This document shows, piece by piece, positions 1-6,518 of a stretch of 14,940 nt of DNA. Where the stretch lies: the NCBI GenBank assembly GCA_046757025.1, contig JBHHXN010000129.1, positions 1 through 14,940 on the forward strand, in the 5' to 3' direction. The notes beneath the pieces were generated by a model that was not told the DNA's origin, did no database searches, and saw nothing but the letters and a program-made list of their open reading frames with translations. Each line of letters starts with the position of its first letter. Position 1 is the stretch's first letter. The stretch comes from a bacterium. GTDB taxonomy: Bacteria; Zhuqueibacterota; Zhuqueibacteria; Oceanimicrobiales; Oceanimicrobiaceae. Position numbers and translations under genes: made by a program.

Positions 1-2263
1 CGTTGAGCAAATCTGAATAATTCAGGCCCACGTCCAGACTGCGGCTGTTGTTGGCTAGAATGGCGGAGCTGCCTTTAAAGCTCAGATGCGCATCCGCTTC
101 CAACCGGCCCTCGTTTTTTCGCAGCAGAAGGTGGTAGCGGTTCATCAATCGTTCCCGGCTGAGGGGATTGGAGTAGGCAATTTTTCCGTCGATTTCCCGC
201 GAATCCACACCTACCACGGCTTCGAGCACGAGGTTGTGATAAAAAGCGCGGTAGCTGCTGCTGGTGCGCACGCCTAACCGAACGGAGTCGTGCCGATTGT
301 AATCGATGAGCGGACGCCAAAGCACCAGAATGGCGTCGCTGGGCATGTGGATGAATTTCAGCAGCGGCAGATCCGGCCGCCACTCCAAACGCAGGCCCTG
401 GTCGTTGAGGCGGTTGCTGTCCATGATGCGGTCATCGGGATCCACCTTCACTTTTTTGGGTTTTTTCTCAGATTCAAAAATCACTTTGCCGGCTTTGGCT
501 TTACCATCCCAACGCTTCACCACTTTCTGTCCGTCTCCCAGATCCATCTCCACCTCCACCGGCATGATGCCGTCGCCCTTCCGCTCGAGCTCCACTTCTG
601 TCACCCATTTGTCATCGTCGCGCTGGTACTTTTTCACTTTGCCTTTGCTGTAATCCACCACCGGCGTGTCGTGCAGCCATTGTCGAAAAAACCAGTCTAA
701 TTCCTGACCGTAATTTTTTTCGAACACCTTTTGCAGATCGCTTTCGGAAATGTGGGAATAAGCGTAGCGTTGCACCAGTTCACGCGTGCTGACAACAAAC
801 GCAGAATCTCCCACCACAAAACGCAGCATCTCGTAAAAGATTTCGGATTTCAGGTAGATATTTGAAAGCGCGCTCAGCGGATCTTTGTATTTGTGGATGG
901 AATTCGAAATAGGTTCGTTCTGGCCGGATTCCATGTAGAGGCGGGTAAAATTGCGCAAAACCGCGTCAAACGAAGGCAGAGGGTACTGTCTTTCGAACCA
1001 GTTCATGTCTTCCTGGGCGTCATCCATGTCGTAACCGCGCGCACCGTATGTTTTCTCTGAAAACGATTTGCCCATATACACCTGAATGCCTTTCGCTAAC
1101 CACGACTCTTTCACACCGTTGCTGGCTACCAGACCCGGGAAATACATGCCGGTCAACTCATAAGCGAGACTGAACGGCTCGTCATCGAATATCAGGGCCA
1201 TGCCGGGCATAACGAAAGAGCGGTTGCCGGCTTTCACCACGTTGAGCTGGGAAGCCAGGGGCGCAAAATGACTTTCCAGATACTTGAAGGTCTCATCGAG
1301 ATTTTTCAACATAGCTTTCAACCAGTGTTGTGGATTCCCGCCCCGGTAAAAAATATGGATGGGCGTGTCGTGATAACGGTGCGGGTAAAAGACAAAATCG
1401 GGGGAAGCGCTCCAGACGAAATTTTGCTGCTTTTTAGCGTGGAAACGCACCTGTTTGGGACCGTTCTGGAGGCCAAATTGTTTGAGCTCTTGTTTCAGGG
1501 AATCGCTCCAGGCTTGGTAAGTTTCTTTATCCATGCTGGTGTCGATGCGAACCGCCTGCCAGCCGGCGTCGCCGGCCACGACTTCACCGGCGCCGACCAC
1601 AATATAATTTCCAGGTACGGTGAGGGTGACCTCCATCTCGGCAAAATCGCTGTAAATGTCGCTCGCTTCCATCATGAAGTGGAACGGTTCGGCCTGCCAG
1701 CCGTGTTCGTCGTACACGGCCAGCCGCGGAAACCACAAAACAAAATTTGTGGGCAGTTTCACTTTTTGAGAATCGCGGCCGGTGCGGGCAAAATCCTGGC
1801 GGAAGCTCAGCCCGAGGGACAAGGTGTCGCCGGGCTGTAAAGCGTACGGCAGAGTTAAATTTAGAATGGTGTCGCTGAAATCGTACGCCTGCAGGGGAAA
1901 GATTTTTTGCCGACCGATGGAAAGAAACTGCAGACTTCGAATGGTCAACTTGTAACCCCTGGTCTGATCGAAATCGATGTTGCCGCCGCTGAACCGACGC
2001 ATTTCTTTCATGGCGGTGTTCTCTTCATCGTGGTAAGCGTTGGAGGGCACTTGTAAATAGATTTTCGTCAGCGTATCGGGGGAATTGTTTTGATAAAATA
2101 TCCGCATGTAGCCCTGCAGTCGTTTGGCGGTGGTGTCCAATTCAGCTTCGATCTGGTAGCGCACCCCCTGTTGCCATTTCTGCTCCAGGGCGAAAGCAGG
2201 GCGGTTGCACAAGGGCAGGTCATAAAGTAAAACCGTTAACAAAAACGCAATAAATGTTTTCAT
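1..2263 (-). CDS. Secreted M1 aminopeptidase-like protein, predicted catalytically inactive, with a probable C-terminal outer-membrane beta-barrel; 3' end runs off the window
   Basis: Not in the ORF track because it has no stop in the window. Hand translation from ATG 2263 stays open to base 1 (754 codons). It starts with a signal-like MKTFIAFLLTVLLY...AFA and shows M1 hallmarks: WQQGVRYQIEAELD, YQNNSPDTL, WFPRLAVYDEHGW, YSDFAEMEVTLTVP, NFVWSASPDF, YLKSEIFYEMLRFVVGDSAF, ELDWFFRQWL, VDPDDRIMDSNRLND. The zinc motif position reads YELTG-x18-K. Confidence 0.85.
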   Translation of the reverse strand, partial: MKTFIAFLLTVLLYDLPLCNRPAFALEQKWQQGVRYQIEAELDTTAKRLQGYMRIFYQNNSPDTLTKIYLQVPSNAYHDEENTAMKEMRRFSGGNIDFDQTRGYKLTIRSLQFLSIGRQKIFPLQAYDFSDTILNLTLPYALQPGDTLSLGLSFRQDFARTGRDSQKVKLPTNFVLWFPRLAVYDEHGWQAEPFHFMMEASDIYSDFAEMEVTLTVPGNYIVVGAGEVVAGDAGWQAVRIDTSMDKETYQAWSDSLKQELKQFGLQNGPKQVRFHAKKQQNFVWSASPDFVFYPHRYHDTPIHIFYRGGNPQHWLKAMLKNLDETFKYLESHFAPLASQLNVVKAGNRSFVMPGMALIFDDEPFSLAYELTGMYFPGLVASNGVKESWLAKGIQVYMGKSFSEKTYGARGYDMDDAQEDMNWFERQYPLPSFDAVLRNFTRLYMESGQNEPISNSIHKYKDPLSALSNIYLKSEIFYEMLRFVVGDSAFVVSTRELVQRYAYSHISESDLQKVFEKNYGQELDWFFRQWLHDTPVVDYSKGKVKKYQRDDDKWVTEVELERKGDGIMPVEVEMDLGDGQKVVKRWDGKAKAGKVIFESEKKPKKVKVDPDDRIMDSNRLNDQGLRLEWRPDLPLLKFIHMPSDAILVLWRPLIDYNRHDSVRLGVRTSSSYRAFYHNLVLEAVVGVDSREIDGKIAYSNPLSRERLMNRYHLLLRKNEGRLEADAHLSFKGSSAILANNSRSLDVGLNYSDLLN

Positions 2264-2410
2264 CTGCACTCTTTTTTAAAGGGTTAAGTTAAAATTGTGG
2301 TGTGAGTTTTTTACTTATACGCAGCTTAAGTCATTTGTGTTCGCTGATTAAATAATATGAATGATCATTTCAAACTCTGTTTTGATGAATTAATAAGGAG
2401 TTATCACGGT

Positions 2411-2471
2411 TTCCCGAATTTACTTCGCGACTCAGACTGAACGTTCCCTCGACTTCGTCAACAAAATCATT
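2411..2471. repeat. Dispersed 61-bp repeat; degenerate copy of the right end of the element at 10504-10648
   Basis: Ungapped manual alignment with 10590-10650 gives 49/61 identical bases in the same orientation. Confidence 0.8.
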
Positions 2472-2619
2472 TATCATCGAGCAAAAATACCCCTGCCTGA
2501 TTCCATTTAATGCAATCGGTTGAAGAAATCCATGCGACGACCCGGACGCCTGCTAACAGGGAGATAAAATGGCATTTGAACTAGCGCTTGCAACGCTGGG
2601 CAATTTGTTGGGAAAATCC

Positions 2620-2648
2620 TTTGCAATTAATAAATTAAATCGTATGTT
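2620..2648 (+). promoter_or_regulatory. Possible sigma70-type promoter for the TIGR01777 gene
   Basis: TTTGCA/TTGCAA, a 16-17 nt AT-rich spacer, then TATGTT, about 70 nt upstream of the likely start. Motif match only. Confidence 0.3.
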
Positions 2649-2715
2649 TAAATATCGCCACCCAATAGCCGCACACGATCTCGCGTTACACAAATCAAAC
2701 AAAGGAGGGATGAAA

Positions 2716-3615
2716 ATGAAAATACTGATTTCTGGCTCCAGCGGGTTGATCGGTTCGGCGCTGGTCGCTTTTTTAACCTCCGTAGGGCATGAAGTCATCA
2801 AGCTGGTGCGGAGAACAGAGGAAGACGAAAATGGCTTATCCTGGGATCCTTACTCAGAAACCGTGGATAAATCCAAGTTGGAAGGATTTGACGCGGTGGT
2901 AAATTTATCAGGCGAAACCATTGCCGACAAGTGGACCGATGAAAAGAAGAAAAAAATACACGACAGCCGGGTGAATTTAACAAAATTTTTAAGCATCACG
3001 CTGACGGAGCTGGAGAATCCGCCCAAAACCCTGATCTGCGCTTCCGCCATCGGATATTACGGCGACCGAAGTGACGAGCTGCTCACCGAAGACAGTTCAT
3101 TTGGCGCCGGCTATCTGCCCGAGGTGGTGCGCGAATGGGAGGCGGCGACGGTGCCGGCTTCGGTGAACGGCATTCGCGTGGCAAACATGCGTTTCGGTCT
3201 GGTGCTCAGTCCACAAGGCGGCGCTCTGGCCAAAATGCTGCCGCCGTTTAAGATGGGCGTGGGCGGCATTGTGGGCAGCGGTAAACAGTACTGGAGCTGG
3301 ATCGCTTTAGAGGACGTGGTCGGAGCTATTCATCATGCGCTGACGACCGAATCCCTCAAGGGCGCGGTGAACGTGGTAGCGCCCATTCCCGTAACCAATC
3401 GCGAGTTCACAAAATGTCTGGGGAAAGTACTGGGCCGTCCCACGGTTTTCCCCATGCCGGCGGTTGCCGTACGACTGGCCTTCGGCGAGATGGGCGATGC
3501 GTTGCTGCTGGCCAGCGCGCGTGTGGAGCCAACCAAACTCAAAAACACCGGCTACGAATTTCGTTTTACCGCGCTGGAAGACGCACTCAGAAACATGCTT
3601 GGGAGAACTGGATAG
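2716..3615 (+). CDS. TIGR01777 family NAD-dependent epimerase/oxidoreductase (YfcH-like), about 299 aa
   Basis: Rossmann motif MKILISGSSGLIG, plus VVNLSGETI, SRV, ASAIGYYG, WSWIALED and a C-terminal P(A)VAVRLAFGEMG...SARVEP segment. Start moved from 2569 to ATG 2716 because AGGAGG at 2703-2708 lies 7 nt upstream and the family-like sequence begins there. Confidence 0.92.
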   Translation: MKILISGSSGLIGSALVAFLTSVGHEVIKLVRRTEEDENGLSWDPYSETVDKSKLEGFDAVVNLSGETIADKWTDEKKKKIHDSRVNLTKFLSITLTELENPPKTLICASAIGYYGDRSDELLTEDSSFGAGYLPEVVREWEAATVPASVNGIRVANMRFGLVLSPQGGALAKMLPPFKMGVGGIVGSGKQYWSWIALEDVVGAIHHALTTESLKGAVNVVAPIPVTNREFTKCLGKVLGRPTVFPMPAVAVRLAFGEMGDALLLASARVEPTKLKNTGYEFRFTALEDALRNMLGRTG

Positions 3616-3716
3616 AATAGATCGATTATCTACAACAAATCATCCTTTTCCTATTCCAATAAGGCCAGATGAATTAGCCGGTGCTCAACCTTCAGGCTGC
3701 GAAAGAGTAAGCTAAA

Positions 3717-3876
3717 GAGCCTGTGTGAAAAATCGAAATGTAAACTAAAAACCAATTTCACCCCTATTGTCATTCTGGAAGAATCTTTTTAATAAACAGC
3801 ACCTTACGTCCAAATAAAAAAGATCCCGCAGTTGCGGGATGACAGGTGGGTGGTTTGTGCGTTTTCACACAATCTG
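3717..3876. mobile_element. 160-bp MITE-like element with 15-bp imperfect TIRs and a TAAA target duplication
   Basis: Left end GAGCCTGTGTGAAAA (3717-3731) and right end TTTTCACACAATCTG (3862-3876) match 12/15 as inverted repeats. TAAA occurs at 3713-3716 and 3877-3880. The reconstructed empty site matches 6419-6437. Confidence 0.8.
3768..3844. repeat. Inverted pair of TGTCA-type hairpins with no gene between them
   Basis: TGTCATTCTGGAAGAATCT (3768-3786) and AGATCCCGCAGTTGCGGGATGACA (3821-3844; reverse complement TGTCATCCCGCAACTGCGGGATCT). Confidence 0.7.
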
Positions 3877-3910
3877 TAAAGCTTGAACACCCGAAAGTTA
3901 TTATTTGTCC

Positions 3911-6265
3911 CTATTTCAAAAATAACATTTTGCGAGAAATGGTCACTTTTTCAGTCTGAATCTGGTAAATATACAAACCGCTGGCCACGATTTCGCCAAC
4001 CTCGTTTTGGCCGTTCCATTGAATGGCATAATTTCCTGCGTTCTGATTTTCGGACACCAGTTTACGAATTTTTTCTCCAAGAATATTAAAAACACTTAGC
4101 TCTACTCGACCCGGTTTGGCCAAATCGTAGCGAATGGTAGTGATGGGGTTGAACGGATTGGGGTGGTTTTGATACAAAATAAATTCAGTGGGCACGGCTT
4201 CGCTAACGGGTCCGACGCCAGTGGCAAGGGGCGGCAGCTCAAAATCGAAAACCATTTCAGAACCGTAGGGCAAGTTGAAAGTCTGCGTGGCCGATTTGTA
4301 ATCCGGAGCGCCCACTTCCAGCGTGATGTTTTCCTCGCTGTCCAATTTGCTGGCGGCCAGGTAGCGAAATGTGTAGCGGCCGCCATTCTGAACAAATTGC
4401 GAAAATCCGCGTTCAGTTGATTTCACCAAAATGTTCTGGATGGGTTGTTTGGTGACGGAGTCCAGCACGTGACCTTTGATGACCGCCACTGGAAAAGTTT
4501 GCGACAAACTGGTGTTAATGGTGAATCGGCCGTCCACCGACACTTCGAAATAATCTTCCCAGGCTTTGCGGAATGCGGCAATTTTATCGAGATCGCTCTG
4601 AGGGGGGGCGCCGCCGTTTTGGGTGACCAGAATAAAGGCCTGGCGCAGGTCTTTTTGCACATCCGCTTCTGCAGGGAGGCGTGGGCCTTCCGCTGCGATG
4701 ATGGCCTCGATGGTCACCTCCACGGCGGTACCCGTGGCGGTGCTGCCTCGAACGGGCGTGCCCAGCGCGCGTCTGTCAGGAAGATTGTTGGTGGCGCTGC
4801 TGACAAAAATTCTGGGAGCGACTTCTTCGGGGGTGCGCAAACCCATCAAATATTCATCGAGCTCGCTGAAGAAATCGATTTGTGTCGGGGTAGTGAAAGT
4901 GTTGTCGGACAAAGGCTGCCAGTTGCCCCCTTCCAGCGAAGAATGATCGCTGTCGAAAAAGTAGCTCCAGTGCGCGTCGGCGCGCCCGAGGATCAGGTTG
5001 CTTTTGTTGCCATCGGCATCGATGAAGTTGACGAACGCGCCCCAGCGGTGCCCGGCTTCCTGTCCCATGATGGTTAAAAAATTGTTCTCTCCCCGAAAAA
5101 AGCGCTGTTTGGGATTGGCCGGCCAGGCGTCTAACTGGTTCATGTTGCAGCGGCTTTCCAGCACCCCGTTGCTGCCAAACAAACCGCTGTCATCGGAGAT
5201 TCGCACACCGATGCCTTGCGCGCTGTTTTTGATGGTGACTTCGTTGGCAAATCCCAACAAAGTTTGCGGGAAGTTGGTGAAGAAAATAAATTGAAAAAAA
5301 CTGTCCGGAAAAGTTCGATAAAAATTTTGCATCAGTGCGACGTCGTTCACCATGGGTTGGGTGATGTTCATATAGTTTTCAAACAGGCCCGTGTGCGCGG
5401 CGCTGCTGAATGGCAGATCGTCAGAGAAGCTGATGGTTTCCAGGTGTGCCGTGCCGCCTGGATGGATGCCAAAAGTAATGGGCGTACCGGTGGCGGCAAT
5501 TTTAGCGTCGATGCCGTTAAACGTGACGTCAAAGGAGCCATCGGCACGCAAAACCAATTGCAACGTGTTGGAATTGACAATTTCAAATTCCCGCACATTA
5601 TTCCAGGTAAGGGTCGTTTTGTTGGATTCGCTTTTTTGAAAAACGCCGCCCTGCTGCGCAGGATTGAGATCCAGAAAATAGGCGGCAATTTTGGGCGTTT
5701 CACTCAAAAAATCGTTGTTGTCATAAAAGCCACCGGGGTTCACATCCGCGCCGAAACTGACGATGCCGTTGGCGTTTACGTGCACATCGCTCCAAGCCAC
5801 GCCGAAGTAATTAAAAGTAAATGACAGGTTGACGGTGGCGTTTTCATCATCTCCTAACAACAAGTTGGTCCCCAGGTCGGAATCAAAATTGAATGGCACC
5901 GCAGTGATATCGTAACCGCCACCGACCGGCACAAAATGAAAAGTATGCTGGTCGGTATCAAAGGGATTGATGCCGCTGATGAGAATGGAGCCGTCATCTT
6001 CGGCTACCCAGACGTCATCAAACACAAACGAGCTGGCAGATAGTCGCTCCGATTTCTTTTTTGTGGATTGGTAGCGGTAGTAATTCCACAGATTTTCTTT
6101 TTCGTTGCCGCGGTAAGTTCCACACTCGAATTGCTGCGTAGCAGTCAGGCTGTGAGTATGGCGTTGGGGTTTAAAGGGATGATTTTTGCTTTGTATCTCA
6201 TTGATTCCTGAAAACAAGGTGATTGCAAAAAAGATAGTAAATTGAAGTGTTTTACGAGTAAGCAT
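3911..6265 (-). CDS. Secreted 784-aa protein: NIDO-like domain, metzincin-like domain with QExxH, carboxypeptidase-regulatory-like beta-sandwich, and T9SS/FlgD-type C-terminal domain
   Basis: Signal-like N-terminus; NIDO-like FTFNYFG...VNANGIVSFG...IAAYFLDLNP...NTLQLVL; MGQEAGHRWG...AHWS...YLMG; IKGHVLDSVTKQPI...YTF; YQNHPNPFNPITTIRY...RKMLFLK. Confidence 0.8.
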   Translation of the reverse strand: MLTRKTLQFTIFFAITLFSGINEIQSKNHPFKPQRHTHSLTATQQFECGTYRGNEKENLWNYYRYQSTKKKSERLSASSFVFDDVWVAEDDGSILISGINPFDTDQHTFHFVPVGGGYDITAVPFNFDSDLGTNLLLGDDENATVNLSFTFNYFGVAWSDVHVNANGIVSFGADVNPGGFYDNNDFLSETPKIAAYFLDLNPAQQGGVFQKSESNKTTLTWNNVREFEIVNSNTLQLVLRADGSFDVTFNGIDAKIAATGTPITFGIHPGGTAHLETISFSDDLPFSSAAHTGLFENYMNITQPMVNDVALMQNFYRTFPDSFFQFIFFTNFPQTLLGFANEVTIKNSAQGIGVRISDDSGLFGSNGVLESRCNMNQLDAWPANPKQRFFRGENNFLTIMGQEAGHRWGAFVNFIDADGNKSNLILGRADAHWSYFFDSDHSSLEGGNWQPLSDNTFTTPTQIDFFSELDEYLMGLRTPEEVAPRIFVSSATNNLPDRRALGTPVRGSTATGTAVEVTIEAIIAAEGPRLPAEADVQKDLRQAFILVTQNGGAPPQSDLDKIAAFRKAWEDYFEVSVDGRFTINTSLSQTFPVAVIKGHVLDSVTKQPIQNILVKSTERGFSQFVQNGGRYTFRYLAASKLDSEENITLEVGAPDYKSATQTFNLPYGSEMVFDFELPPLATGVGPVSEAVPTEFILYQNHPNPFNPITTIRYDLAKPGRVELSVFNILGEKIRKLVSENQNAGNYAIQWNGQNEVGEIVASGLYIYQIQTEKVTISRKMLFLK

Positions 6266-6378
6266 CTTTCATTCCATTTCTTTTGTTAGTTCAAAATTCA
6301 ATCTGATTAATAATCCTGTGTTTTATGGACATGAATTGAGCGATTACGCTTGATTTTCTCAGGAATGAGGTCATAGCG

Positions 6379-6437
6379 GGTGTTCACGCTTTAGCGTGTT
6401 CCTCCCGACTCACCACACAAGCTAAAGCTTGAACACC
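6379..6437. repeat. Intact REP-like inverted doublet (GGTGYTCA family)
   Basis: GGTGTTCACGCTTTAGCGTGT (6379-6399) and ACAAGCTAAAGCTTGAACACC (6417-6437) match 19/21 as inverted repeats. The two differences are a compensatory pair within the small hairpin (CACGC-TTTA-GCGTG versus CAAGC-TTTA-GCTTG). Confidence 0.85.
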
Positions 6438-6518
6438 AAAATCCCCACCGATGAGGCTTCGCACTGTTCAGGTTAGAGTTACATTGACTAATTTAGATGG
6501 TTCCACAATCCACAAAAT

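Larger units (their letters stand above)
3680..3891. repeat. REP-like inverted doublet (GGTGYTCA family) whose right arm is interrupted by the 3717-3876 element
   Basis: Left arm GGTGCTCAACCTTCAGGCTG (3680-3699). Right arm AAGCTAAA (3709-3716) plus GCTTGAACACC (3881-3891), which when joined is identical to 6419-6437. Confidence 0.75.

Noticed and set aside
75..1840. Track ORFs 75-383, 86-277, 290-700, 306-653 and 1268-1840
   Set aside because: They are antisense or off-frame shadows of the long minus-strand M1-like gene and show no recognisable motifs.
2569..2715. 49-codon N-terminal extension of the TIGR01777 ORF
   Set aside because: The stretch is AT-rich and promoter-like. A strong Shine-Dalgarno sequence and the Rossmann motif point to ATG 2716.
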